Source: a virus (lineage: Duplodnaviria; Caudoviricetes). Taken from it: a stretch of 44,659 nt of DNA. Both the position numbers and the translations under genes were made by a program. Under the pieces are notes generated by a model. That model was not told the origin of the DNA. It did no database searches and saw only the letters and a program-made list of their open reading frames with translations. Below, one piece after another: positions 8,116 to 17,619 of this stretch; the first letter of the stretch is position 1; each line of letters opens with the position of its first letter. The stretch covers positions 1-44,659 of IMG/VR virus record IMGVR_UViG_3300007734_000695, one strand, 5' to 3'.

Positions 8116-10106
8116 CGTCGGGCGTCGGATGGACGCACGTCGATCACCAGCGGGCGCCGTGGGGCTGAGATGTCTCCCGCCTGCATCGCCGGAACCTGTC
8201 GCAACGCGCGGGCGAGTGACTGACGGGCTTCCGTGATAGCCGGATACTGAGCCGCCCCCGTCTCCGACAGGCGCTGAAGCGTCTGGGTGACTGCCTGCGG
8301 GTTAGTGTCGAACAGGAGCGGGGCGAGCGCATCGGCTGTAGAACTGTTCATGCGCTGATTGCCGCGCATCAGGTTGGTCGCCCCAGTCGCCATCGCTCCC
8401 TTGAGGTTGCCCTGCAGTAGCTGGCCGAACGCCGTAGCGGGGTCCACCTGCATGTCCTCTGCGCCCTGACCGAGGCGCATGGTCTGCGAGCCGCCGCGGG
8501 GATTGATGACGTTGTTCGTCGCCGCCATCGAGCGCTCGCGCGTCATCAGGTCTTCAAAGCGCTTGAACTCCTCCGGGGAGTCGAAAGCCGCCTCCAGCTT
8601 CTTCCTGAGCGCCGGCTTGTTGAAGAACGAGGCGACGACATCCCGGCCGTCTGCGGTGTTCTCGACCGCATCCTGAATTGCCTTGGCCACGCCGACACGG
8701 AAGAACTCCTTGTCGCCCGGGTCCATGTCGGCGATGCGCTTCGCCGTGATATCGGCATCGCCCTTCAAGACCGAGCGGCCGAGCGCCATCGCCTCCTTGC
8801 TCTGCGACGGGCCAGCCCATGCCGCCCGGGCATTCGCATAATCCGGGTTCAGATCATCGAGCGTCTTCAGGTACGACCGGCGGAACTGATCCACCGCGCG
8901 GCCTTCCGGCGTCAGGTTGAGACGGCCGGTCGTCGTGTCCCGATACTTCTCCAGGATGTCGTCAAGCCCGCGCTTTGCAGCGTCGAGGACGCGCATATTG
9001 GGCACGTCTCTAAGGACGGCATTGCCGGCCTCGTCCAGATCGACTCCGAGCGCCTGCGGGTTGAACGGCTTTCCTTCTGCGACGGATTCCAGGCGCAGCA
9101 TCTTCATGCCGCGATTGAGGCCGTCCTTCATGATCGGGTCGGCAAGGAACTCCTGCAGCCGAGGATTCCAGGCGGTCGCCTCGTAAGCCTTGTCATAGAG
9201 AGGCTGCGCCGTCGCCGCGCGGGCCTTCATCAGATCGTCCACGGTGCCGGAATAGTCGGTGTTCGGGCTGATCGCCCTCGACACGTCGCCGCCCACTCGC
9301 TCAGGCGCCCCGGCCTTCCGGCTCTGCACCAGATCCATGGCGGCGGTGCGGGCCTGGCCGGGAGTGTTCGATGCAACGGCCGCAAGATTGCGGACGTTCT
9401 CGCCGAACAGGTCCACAAGAGCTTCCGGCTTGGCGCCTGACTGCTGCCACGCCTCGAAGCGCTTCAGCGCATCTTCGGGGGAAACCCCGTCACGCTCGGC
9501 CGCACGGAACAGCTGGGCCACGGCTCCCTTGTCCGCGTTCCTCAGTCCGAAGGCGTCGAGGATGCGAGGGCCGATCCGATCGGCAATCGCGCCGACGACC
9601 GGAAGGCCGGCGCCGACGCCAGCCCCCAGCGTACCGCCCTTGATAGCGCCCTCGATCCTCTGGCCCGGATCTGCCGCTCCTGCGCCCGCCGTAGACCCCA
9701 GGGCCGTCCCTGCGGCCGTCCCCTTGAGCATCCTGCCGGGAACGGTGGCCGCGTCCAGGAGCCTTGTGCCGGGCATGGCGACGGCGCCTGCGATGTTGCC
9801 GCCGATCTCCGCCGTCGTCGCGGTCGCGGGATACTCGGCGTCGAAGGCTTTGTCGCGTCCCTGCTCCTTCGCAAGGTTCTGCGTGTAGCGCTCGCCCATC
9901 GTCGGGGCGTCGGAGCCTCGCCCGAGAACCGGCTGAGTGAGTGCGTCCATCCCCGCCGCCGCTTCGTCTGCCCAACCGAGCGACATGCCGGCGGCGACCT
10001 TGCGGCCGATGTTGTCCAGAAACTCGCCCCAGCCCATCTCGGCAGGCTTGGCGCCGACAGGAACGGGAACGCCTTTCCACCATTCATTCTGCGGAGCGCC
10101 GGTCAT
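8112..10106 (-). CDS. DNA ejection/internal virion protein
   Basis: Ala/Gly-rich helical protein with G.SLGWADE motif; position after tail genes. Confidence 0.75.
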   Translation of the reverse strand: MTGAPQNEWWKGVPVPVGAKPAEMGWGEFLDNIGRKVAAGMSLGWADEAAAGMDALTQPVLGRGSDAPTMGERYTQNLAKEQGRDKAFDAEYPATATTAEIGGNIAGAVAMPGTRLLDAATVPGRMLKGTAAGTALGSTAGAGAADPGQRIEGAIKGGTLGAGVGAGLPVVGAIADRIGPRILDAFGLRNADKGAVAQLFRAAERDGVSPEDALKRFEAWQQSGAKPEALVDLFGENVRNLAAVASNTPGQARTAAMDLVQSRKAGAPERVGGDVSRAISPNTDYSGTVDDLMKARAATAQPLYDKAYEATAWNPRLQEFLADPIMKDGLNRGMKMLRLESVAEGKPFNPQALGVDLDEAGNAVLRDVPNMRVLDAAKRGLDDILEKYRDTTTGRLNLTPEGRAVDQFRRSYLKTLDDLNPDYANARAAWAGPSQSKEAMALGRSVLKGDADITAKRIADMDPGDKEFFRVGVAKAIQDAVENTADGRDVVASFFNKPALRKKLEAAFDSPEEFKRFEDLMTRERSMAATNNVINPRGGSQTMRLGQGAEDMQVDPATAFGQLLQGNLKGAMATGATNLMRGNQRMNSSTADALAPLLFDTNPQAVTQTLQRLSETGAAQYPAITEARQSLARALRQVPAMQAGDISAPRRPLVIDVRPSDARR

Positions 10107-11716
10107 CGGGTGCCCCCAGACGGCGGCTTGATGTAGGTGTTACCGTCAGGCGCGATATAAGACTGACCGGGGGCGAGTTTTTCCCACGTCAGGCGCCCCG
10201 CCGCATCGTCCGTGACGCGGGGGAGTTCCGGCATCTTCTGGTCCATCTTCGGCGGGTTGAAGCTCAGGATGACATCCTTCGGATTGACCCCCGCCCGCTG
10301 CGCCATTTCCGTGAACTGAGACGCCGCTTGATCGTGGACAGTCTTGATCGAGCCGACGCGCGACGCGGCCTCGCCAAGAAGCTGCTGGCGAACCTCGGGC
10401 CGCAGGCGCCCTTCGCCCTGGATGCCGTGAATGAAGCCATTGAGCTTGTCGGCCACGCCCTGCGTGTCGTTCGCCATGACGATTTCGCCTTCGCGGACGA
10501 CCGAGCCGGGGTCCATGATCTTGGCGAGCCCGTAGACGATATTGAGGTCCGCCGCTTTGCTGTCGCGCGTCGCCGCGTCCTGCATGGACTCGTAGATCGG
10601 CAGAACTTCCCGATATGCCTTGACCGTGGGCAGAGCGTTGAAGTCGTCCCGCAGCTTGGCGGCGTTGGTGGTCTGCTGATTGGATAGGGTGCCCGCGCCC
10701 GTCGCCTGCGCCCGCGCAGCCTGCTCGATCTGGACCGGGTCGGCAGGGCCTCCCGGGAGTGGCGCGACCCCCTCTTCGCCCATCTGATAGCCCGTGGGTG
10801 CGGTTGGGACCGCGTTCTCCGCTTGGCGCTGTCCCACTCCAGTTGCACGAGCCACGGCCGTTGCCGCCGGCACCGTCTGTCCATTGGCAAGTTGCGTCGG
10901 GGTGAGGTTGCCGCGCGCCGTGCCGGCAGTAGTCGCCTCCGATGTCTGGCCTGCCCGCGCGACGAGACCCGGCGTTGTCGCCGCGATGGTTGCCGCTTCG
11001 ATCTGGGGGGTCATACGAAGGTCCACATCCTTCGTCGCCTGGGCCGTCCCGCCAGCCCGCGCGATCAGCGCGGGATTCTTGGCCGCTTCGGTACGCCCGA
11101 CATAAGGAAGCTCCCCGGCCATCCTGCCGCCGGCCTTGGCGCCTTCGATCTCCGCCAGAGACTGCGTGAAGTTGGGCACCGTCGAGATGGTGTTGGTCTT
11201 CGGGTCGAAGACCTGTCCCTCGCCGAGCTTGGGGCCGCCCACGGCGACTGCCTCGCCAAACGGGTTGACCGCCGTCGTACCCGCCCCGACGTTCTCCAGC
11301 TTGTACGGCTCGATCTTGCCCGTGAGCGTGGACTGCTGGCCGATGGTCTGGCCCCGGTCGTTCTTGACCGGGATGAACTTCTCCTTCGGCACCATCTGGG
11401 AGAGCATGATGCCTTCGAACGGATTGGGCGTGTCCGGCGACTTCGTGGCGTATGCCTGATACGCGGCCTTGGCTCGGGCCGTCTCGGGCACGTCTGGGCT
11501 CTCCAGCGCCTTCAGCGCCTCGGCGAGGGCGTCCTGCTGGTCCTTCTTGACCCCGGACCCCACCCACCCGCCGATGCCCGCCGTGAGCACCCGCGCGATG
11601 CCTTCAAGCGGAGAGCGCACGGGCTCCCGCGACGCGCCCTGCGCCATCAGCGCCTGGGCAAGCGCCAGCCTCGGGGAAGCGACGAAGCCCTGGCCCGGTT
11701 GATACTGCCCGGTCAT
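10103..11716 (-). CDS. DNA ejection/internal virion protein
   Basis: LAQALM...SPLEG.ARVL N-terminus; DLNIVYGLAKIMDPGSVVREGE motif. Confidence 0.75.
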   Translation of the reverse strand: MTGQYQPGQGFVASPRLALAQALMAQGASREPVRSPLEGIARVLTAGIGGWVGSGVKKDQQDALAEALKALESPDVPETARAKAAYQAYATKSPDTPNPFEGIMLSQMVPKEKFIPVKNDRGQTIGQQSTLTGKIEPYKLENVGAGTTAVNPFGEAVAVGGPKLGEGQVFDPKTNTISTVPNFTQSLAEIEGAKAGGRMAGELPYVGRTEAAKNPALIARAGGTAQATKDVDLRMTPQIEAATIAATTPGLVARAGQTSEATTAGTARGNLTPTQLANGQTVPAATAVARATGVGQRQAENAVPTAPTGYQMGEEGVAPLPGGPADPVQIEQAARAQATGAGTLSNQQTTNAAKLRDDFNALPTVKAYREVLPIYESMQDAATRDSKAADLNIVYGLAKIMDPGSVVREGEIVMANDTQGVADKLNGFIHGIQGEGRLRPEVRQQLLGEAASRVGSIKTVHDQAASQFTEMAQRAGVNPKDVILSFNPPKMDQKMPELPRVTDDAAGRLTWEKLAPGQSYIAPDGNTYIKPPSGGTR

Positions 11717-11717
11717 G

Positions 11718-11963
11718 TCACCAGAACTTCTTGAAGCCGCCCATGCTCCACCCGCCTAGGGCGGAGCCGGCGAGGCCGAAGACCGACCCGAGCAGGGAGG
11801 CTTTCGCCTGCTGCGCCATGCGTGCGTTCTCCATCTCGGCCTGCCACTTCGCCATCTCCGGCCCGATGGTGTCGGTAGGCGCGACGCCGACGCCCGGCAG
11901 GTTGAGCGGAGGGGGCGCCTGCTGTTCGGAGGAGTTGAGGAGTGCCTTGGCGATCCTGAGCAT
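11718..11963 (-). CDS. Small ejection/pilot-like protein (resembles C-terminal module of the upstream gene family)
   Basis: In frame directly after the TAG of 11964..13514; ends in Gly-rich hydrophobic LLGSVFGLAGSALGG. Confidence 0.65.
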   Translation of the reverse strand: MLRIAKALLNSSEQQAPPPLNLPGVGVAPTDTIGPEMAKWQAEMENARMAQQAKASLLGSVFGLAGSALGGWSMGGFKKFW

Positions 11964-13514
11964 CTACTGAGCCCCCAAGAGAGCGAGCGCGTCCGTGATC
12001 GGCTGCGTCCGCACGTTCTGGCGTTCGGTGTACCCCTGCGCCCGGGCCTGGGCCGCGAGCTGGGCGTTGATCTCCTGTTCGGAGAGGCCCTGCTGGCGAA
12101 GCTGCAAAGCCAGTTGCTCGCGCGTGAGGTTCTGGCCGTAGCCCTGCTGCTGCGCCTGGTTGGCGAACTGGCCCTGCGTCGCAAGCTCGTTCGCCATCTG
12201 CTGACGGGCGGAAAGGGACTGCCCATACCCCTGCTGCTGGGCCTGATTGGCGAACTCCGCCGCCGCCTGGTTCTGGCCGAACTGCTGTCCCTGCGCCTGA
12301 TTGGCCGCCTGCATCGAGGACAGGTTCTGCCCGTACTGCTGGCCCTGGGCCTGATTGGCGAAGTTGCCGAGCGAGAGGCCCTGATTGAGGAGGTCGCCGC
12401 GCTGAAGGGCGGTCTGCCCGAACGCCTGTCCCTGCGCCGCGTTCTCGGCGTTGAACTTCGACAGGTCGAGCCCGAACAGCTTGGCGGCCTGATCCGCAGC
12501 CCGATCGGTCGCGCTCGCGCTCGCCTGCAAACGGGTGTCGCCCGCCTGCTGGTCGAAGCGGTTCAACTCGCGCTGTGCGGCGTCCGAGTCCTCGGGGATG
12601 CCTCGATCCGCCAGGGACTGCCGAAGCTGCTCCCGTTCCTGGGCGATCTGAGGCTCGAACCGGGACGATGCGGCCTGATAGAGCGTGTCGTTGACGCCCT
12701 TGGTAAACTGCGTCGGGTCCTGGATATTCAGGCGCCGGTCGGGGCCTCCGACGTCGTTGTAGTCCCACTGGCCCTGCGGGTTGACCGCCCGCTGAATGGG
12801 GCCTGCGTCCGCAACGCCGCGCTGGATACCGCCGACCGTATCGAAGCCCGTCTGGATACCCCCCGTCTGGAGGCCCGGAAGCCGGGAGAAGTCCAGGTTC
12901 GATTGGATCTGGCCGGACTGGAAATTCGGGTTGACGTTCGCCAGCCGCGACGTGTCCACGCCCGTCACGTTCGCCGGGAGCCCCGTGTAATCGACCGTCT
13001 GGTTCAGCGCCCCTTGGATGCGCGGAAGCTGCCCCTCGGCCATGCCGCCGATGCCCTGGGTAAGCCGGCGGTTCTGGTCGAGGATCTTCTGGTCTTCGGG
13101 GTTGAGCGTGATGTCCCGGCGATAGCGGTCCTGGTTGTAGTAGGCCGGCTCGCCCTCAAGGGGGTCCGCCGAGGACGACGAAGACGAGGACGACGTGGAC
13201 GCCGCCGCTGCGGGCTGCGGGGTTGTCGGCCCGGTGTCTCCGCCCGTGTCGTTCGTGTAGTAGTCCTGCCGCGGCGCCGCCCCGGGAGGCGCGCTTGACG
13301 CGGGGGAGGTCGGCGCCGGAACCCGGGTCGAACCGTCTGGGTTGCGGTTGCGGTCGCCGAGCGCCGTGTAGGTGGTCGAATACCAGGGGGTATTCTCATC
13401 CACCATGTTGAGGCGCTGCTGGACGCGCGCCGTGCCGGCGTTGGCCTGCGCCTGCGCTGTGGCAAGCTTCTGCGGGTCAGGCGGCGCGGGCGTGCTGGGT
13501 GAACTCTTGCCCAT
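11964..13514 (-). CDS. Ejection/pilot protein with Gln/Asn-rich repeats
   Basis: MGKSSP..P.PPDP...A.AQ start; repeated ANQAQxQx[YF]GQ units. Confidence 0.78.
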   Translation of the reverse strand: MGKSSPSTPAPPDPQKLATAQAQANAGTARVQQRLNMVDENTPWYSTTYTALGDRNRNPDGSTRVPAPTSPASSAPPGAAPRQDYYTNDTGGDTGPTTPQPAAAASTSSSSSSSSADPLEGEPAYYNQDRYRRDITLNPEDQKILDQNRRLTQGIGGMAEGQLPRIQGALNQTVDYTGLPANVTGVDTSRLANVNPNFQSGQIQSNLDFSRLPGLQTGGIQTGFDTVGGIQRGVADAGPIQRAVNPQGQWDYNDVGGPDRRLNIQDPTQFTKGVNDTLYQAASSRFEPQIAQEREQLRQSLADRGIPEDSDAAQRELNRFDQQAGDTRLQASASATDRAADQAAKLFGLDLSKFNAENAAQGQAFGQTALQRGDLLNQGLSLGNFANQAQGQQYGQNLSSMQAANQAQGQQFGQNQAAAEFANQAQQQGYGQSLSARQQMANELATQGQFANQAQQQGYGQNLTREQLALQLRQQGLSEQEINAQLAAQARAQGYTERQNVRTQPITDALALLGAQ

Positions 13515-13944
13515 CTTCTCCTCTGAGCGCGCCCACCCACCTTGCGGCGTCGTCGCGCGTCATTCCGAAGCTCAGCGCATCCTCGCGACCTTCCCAGGCC
13601 AGGGGATGCAAACCTTCGATATGGAAACCGAGCTGGCGGAGGAGCTTCCGAGCCCTATCGTTCGATGCCGCGATCTGTGCGGTGACCCGGACACAGCCGA
13701 GTCCGACGAAGGGATAGGCAAGGAGCGTTCCGACGATCTTCCGGGAGCCCCATTTCGGCGACGTAGCCGAGACGTGCATCGAAAGGTCGTAACCTCTGAA
13801 GTTGTTATATACGATTCCGGCGACCAAATCACCATCGAGCGTGACCCCGATGGCCTTGAACGGCCCGAAATCCGTCTCCCGCCGGTTCACGGCGTTGACG
13901 AACCGGCGGACCTTCTCGTCCTCGTTGTAGAGGAGAGCCCTCAT
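13477..13944 (-). CDS. GNAT acetyltransferase (RimJ/RimL-like) of the podophage tail module
   Basis: AGIVYNNF...YPF..LGC.RVTA.I..SN..A.KL...LGF..EG. Confidence 0.85.
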   Translation of the reverse strand: MRALLYNEDEKVRRFVNAVNRRETDFGPFKAIGVTLDGDLVAGIVYNNFRGYDLSMHVSATSPKWGSRKIVGTLLAYPFVGLGCVRVTAQIAASNDRARKLLRQLGFHIEGLHPLAWEGREDALSFGMTRDDAARWVGALRGEDGQEFTQHARAA

Positions 13945-14777
13945 CGGCTTCCCATCAGGGCGCGGGCGATCCGCTCCCGGCCGACCTTCTTCTGCTGCTC
14001 TGGCGTCAGGATCGCCTCGTTCTTGCGGACGGCGACGAAGCCCTGGTCCGGTCCCCGGGGGTCCGGGCCGACCATCGCCGACTCCGTGACCACGCCTCCC
14101 GCCTGGAAACCCGAGTTGTTCCAGCGCATCGTCTCGCTGTCCTCGCCGGGGTCCATGGCGTCACCGTTGTCCCACTGGCTCTCCATCTCCCGGTGGATCA
14201 CGGGCCGCGCCATCAGGTCCTCGGGGCCGACCATCCCGCCCTTGTAGAACCCCCCGTCCCGGTTGCCGCCAAGGCCGCCATACTCGCCGCCTCCGGCATT
14301 CGGATCGGTCGCAGGACCGGACCAATCGCCGCCGTCGTAGGTCTGCGCCGGGCTGAAATCGAAGCCGCGCTCGACATCGAGGGAGCGATCCATCACCGGC
14401 CCCATGCCGCGATAGCCGCCGGTCGCCATGTTGAAGCCACTAATGGCCGGTGAGACTCCGGTAACCATGTCCATCAACGCCCGTCCGTTCTTCTGCACGT
14501 CGGGGTCGTTAAAATATTCGCCGAGGCCAGAGAAAGACCGCAGATCCTTCGACGGGTCCTCGTTGCCTCCGCGCGCGTTCTTCTCGCCGCCTGGATAGAG
14601 GTCGTCGGCCCCATGGTCCGTCGTATCGGGCGCCATCGTCGGCATCCCGGGCGCCGGCATCGCCGCCTCGCGCATGGCCTGTGCCGGCTGCGTGATCGAC
14701 GGACGGCTGAGAGCCATCGCCATCTTTCTCCGGGCCGGGGAGATCATCGGTTCGAAGCCCATATCCGCGCCCGTCAT
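13941..14777 (-). CDS. Virion/ejection-associated hypothetical protein
   Basis: Duplicated GF.xGG.V motif; low complexity; coupled in operon. Confidence 0.65.
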   Translation of the reverse strand: MTGADMGFEPMISPARRKMAMALSRPSITQPAQAMREAAMPAPGMPTMAPDTTDHGADDLYPGGEKNARGGNEDPSKDLRSFSGLGEYFNDPDVQKNGRALMDMVTGVSPAISGFNMATGGYRGMGPVMDRSLDVERGFDFSPAQTYDGGDWSGPATDPNAGGGEYGGLGGNRDGGFYKGGMVGPEDLMARPVIHREMESQWDNGDAMDPGEDSETMRWNNSGFQAGGVVTESAMVGPDPRGPDQGFVAVRKNEAILTPEQQKKVGRERIARALMGSR

Positions 14778-16363
14778 AGCTGCCCTCCCGGCTCCAGCAT
14801 CAGGTTGAAGCCCTGAAACTCGATGGTGTTAGAAGTCGTCATGGTGTTGATGCGGAGCGCCGCCACATGCCCCGCCCCGCCGATGCCGAGCCACGCGCGG
14901 TTGACCTGCGTGGCATCGCCCCACGGCGTCGTATCCCAGGGCGACGTGTCCCAGGGAGACCCGGATTGGTTGGTCGAGATGGTCCCCTCGATCGCGCGGT
15001 CCTTGTAGTCGACCTGAATAGCGATCCCGAGCGCGACCTCGCCATTGCTCGAAATGAACGGCTGGCAGTTGAGGAACCGCTTGAACCGACCGGGAAGCTG
15101 GTAATCCTGGAAGCTCGTCTTGATCGTACCGCTGATCACCGAGCCATCGGTCTTAAGCTCCGCCGTGGACCCGTCGCTATACCCATAGTCGGCCTGCATG
15201 ACCCGGCCGTCGCCGGTGCCGAAATAGAGGAGCGTGTTGAAGATCCCGAAGCACGGGGCATTCTGGCCGAGGAACCGGCACCATCCGCCCGTGAGCGTGT
15301 TGACGACGTACTGCCAGGAGGAAACCGAGCCCGCATCGTCGGAGACCGGGACGTTGAGGACGATGTAGTTCCCATGCGGATAGACGACCAGCTGCCAGCC
15401 GAAGTTATCCCGCCAGAGCAGAGACGCATTCGAGATCAGCTGGTTGATCTTGAAGGTGATGGCCTTTGACGTCTGCTCCTCGGCCCCGAAGGCGATGATC
15501 GCCGACATGGGGATGACACCGCCCACGGTGCCGATCAGAAGCTCGGACCCGAACGTCGCATAGGCCCGCAAGCCCAGAGGCTCCAGCGTGTCGTATCGGC
15601 CGATCCGATACCATGTCGGATCGTTCGGATAGGCCCCCTGGTAGACCTGGATTTCCCCCTGGTCGGAGACGAACACCGCAAGGTCGTCCATGCCGTTGCC
15701 GGAGTCGCGGGTCCACGTCGCCATGAACGAAAGCGTGCCGCCGCGCTTGAACAGGCTCGACATGTCGAAGGCCGTCAGGGCACCGGAAACCGAATCCACC
15801 CCGCCGTACCAGACCTTGAGCGTGTTCTTCTCGACGAAGTACATGCGCGAGCGATAGATGTTGACGTTGACCAGATTGGCCACCGTCGGCCCGGTCCATG
15901 CAGGCGCGGAGATGGTGGAGCCGTTGTACATCTGCGGCGCATCGACGCCGTTGACGAAGTGCAGCTGGGCGCGGAACTGGACGGTCTGCCACTGGTTCGA
16001 GGTGAACCCGGAGGCAAGCGACGTTGCATCGGCCCCGAGCGTCGAGCAGTCGTAGATATGCCCGTTGGCCGCCGCGAGCAGCTTGCGCGTGCCCCCAGAT
16101 GCCCACTCGGCCAAGGTCTGGACGGCCGCGCCGCCCATCCCTCCGGTCGTCCAGATGCGATAGCCAGCGCGAAGGACGACGCCTCCGGGCTTCGGGAAAT
16201 AGTTGTCGAGGATCAGTGCGTCCTCGGCTGGCATTGCCGCCTTGGCCGAGATGGCGTTGAGCCCTCCGAACGGCGGCGGCATCGGCAGCACCACCGACTG
16301 CGGCGCCTGTCCCTGCCGGCGGCGCTGAAGCGACTTCGCGCCCCATGCCTGGAGAGCGGTCAC
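14774..16363 (-). CDS. Tail nozzle/DNA stabilization protein (P22 gp10/tubular B-like)
   Basis: P.GGLN...A..LDNYFP....V.LR.GY start; beta-propeller-like composition; WDTSPWDTTPWG motif. Confidence 0.82.
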   Translation of the reverse strand: MTALQAWGAKSLQRRRQGQAPQSVVLPMPPPFGGLNAISAKAAMPAEDALILDNYFPKPGGVVLRAGYRIWTTGGMGGAAVQTLAEWASGGTRKLLAAANGHIYDCSTLGADATSLASGFTSNQWQTVQFRAQLHFVNGVDAPQMYNGSTISAPAWTGPTVANLVNVNIYRSRMYFVEKNTLKVWYGGVDSVSGALTAFDMSSLFKRGGTLSFMATWTRDSGNGMDDLAVFVSDQGEIQVYQGAYPNDPTWYRIGRYDTLEPLGLRAYATFGSELLIGTVGGVIPMSAIIAFGAEEQTSKAITFKINQLISNASLLWRDNFGWQLVVYPHGNYIVLNVPVSDDAGSVSSWQYVVNTLTGGWCRFLGQNAPCFGIFNTLLYFGTGDGRVMQADYGYSDGSTAELKTDGSVISGTIKTSFQDYQLPGRFKRFLNCQPFISSNGEVALGIAIQVDYKDRAIEGTISTNQSGSPWDTSPWDTTPWGDATQVNRAWLGIGGAGHVAALRINTMTTSNTIEFQGFNLMLEPGGQL

Positions 16364-17619
16364 TGTGCGGCCTCCGCAGACGCGCCGCCCAGCGAAGCCG
16401 CCCCGCCGCCCATCAGCCCGGCGATGCCGTACTTCCTCAGAATCTCGATCAGGGCGTCGTCGAAGACGACGTAGTTGCTGGTGCCCGTGCCGCTTCCGCG
16501 CGAGCCTTGGTCGAGGTACTTGATGCCGGGGATGCCGGCTTCGGATAGTTCGCGACGCGCCAGCTCGGTGGGTTTGGCGAACAGCGCTTCCTCGCCGTAC
16601 CTTGACTTTAGCTGAGGCCGCGTCGCATCGAGAGCCCGGACAATCTGGTTGTGAACGCCCTCCCCGGTAAGATTTGGGTTGCGAGATGCGAGAACGGCAT
16701 CGCGGCCATAGTTACGGAAAGCCGGATCATCCGACGCGACAGCTTGCCGGCCCAACTCCTCAATGCGGGAGCGAAGCGGCGTGTCGCCAACCGGCTTATC
16801 CCAGTCCAGGAACCGCTCCGGGTCGGCGTGGATGTTGACCTCGTACATCTTGCCGCTGGAGCGCATACCCGGATCGGACGGCCCCAAGTCCCGGATCGCC
16901 TTAACAAACAGTTCGCGGGTCTTGTCTTTCTGTGCGACAGCCTCCGCCCCGCCAAAGTCAGCAGGGTTCTCCCGCATGAACGCGAATGGGCTATCAGGTC
17001 CGGGCCGCTCCCATCCGGCGAGCGCTTCATCAATCCGCCCTTTGGTCGGATCGCGGCGCGCAAAGTTATGGTTGAAGGAGCCCGCCCAACTGTACGCCGT
17101 GTCGCGATTTCCGCCGGCCGCTTGCACACGATCAGCGACCGCGTTCCGTAGCTCCTCCCAGTTCATGTCCTTAAGGTCGCCCGTCTTGAACTTGATCTCT
17201 GCGGGACTGAGCCGGTCGCGATAGCTTTGCGCGACGCCCGGACTTTCCGCAAAATAGAGCCCATGCCCGTAAGCCTGCGCGCCCTCGCCCGTCCCGATCT
17301 TCGACAGGTCGAACTTGTCGAAGTCATGCGGAGAGCCGTGATATGCCTTGATCGGCTGCGTCGCCTTCAGCAACGCGGCCCCCTTGGCCGGCGTGATCGA
17401 GCCCGCAAACCCCTCCGCAATCTCCTGCGGCGGCGCGTTGTACCAGGGCTCCATCCCGAGCATCCCGGAGAGGCCGCCACGTCCCCAGTAGTCCGTCTCG
17501 CCGGTCGCCGGATCGAGGCCACGGAACCGATCTACAGCCCCACGAAGCGCACGCGCGATCTTCTCTCGTGTCCCTTCTTCTGGCGCATCGAGCGGCATGG
17601 TCATGTCGAAGCCGGTCAC
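16360..17619 (-). CDS. ADP-ribosyltransferase-like (polyvalent-protein ART) domain protein
   Basis: AYHGSPHDFDKF...GTGEGAQAYGHGLYFAE...A..Y and GIPGIKYLDQGSR...NYVVFD motifs. Confidence 0.65.
   Translation of the reverse strand: MTGFDMTMPLDAPEEGTREKIARALRGAVDRFRGLDPATGETDYWGRGGLSGMLGMEPWYNAPPQEIAEGFAGSITPAKGAALLKATQPIKAYHGSPHDFDKFDLSKIGTGEGAQAYGHGLYFAESPGVAQSYRDRLSPAEIKFKTGDLKDMNWEELRNAVADRVQAAGGNRDTAYSWAGSFNHNFARRDPTKGRIDEALAGWERPGPDSPFAFMRENPADFGGAEAVAQKDKTRELFVKAIRDLGPSDPGMRSSGKMYEVNIHADPERFLDWDKPVGDTPLRSRIEELGRQAVASDDPAFRNYGRDAVLASRNPNLTGEGVHNQIVRALDATRPQLKSRYGEEALFAKPTELARRELSEAGIPGIKYLDQGSRGSGTGTSNYVVFDDALIEILRKYGIAGLMGGGAASLGGASAEAAQ

Noticed and set aside
12100-12460. Repeated CTGATTGG/GTTGGCGAA DNA motifs
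   Set aside because: Explained by ANQAQxQx[YF]GQ protein repeats of the ejection protein
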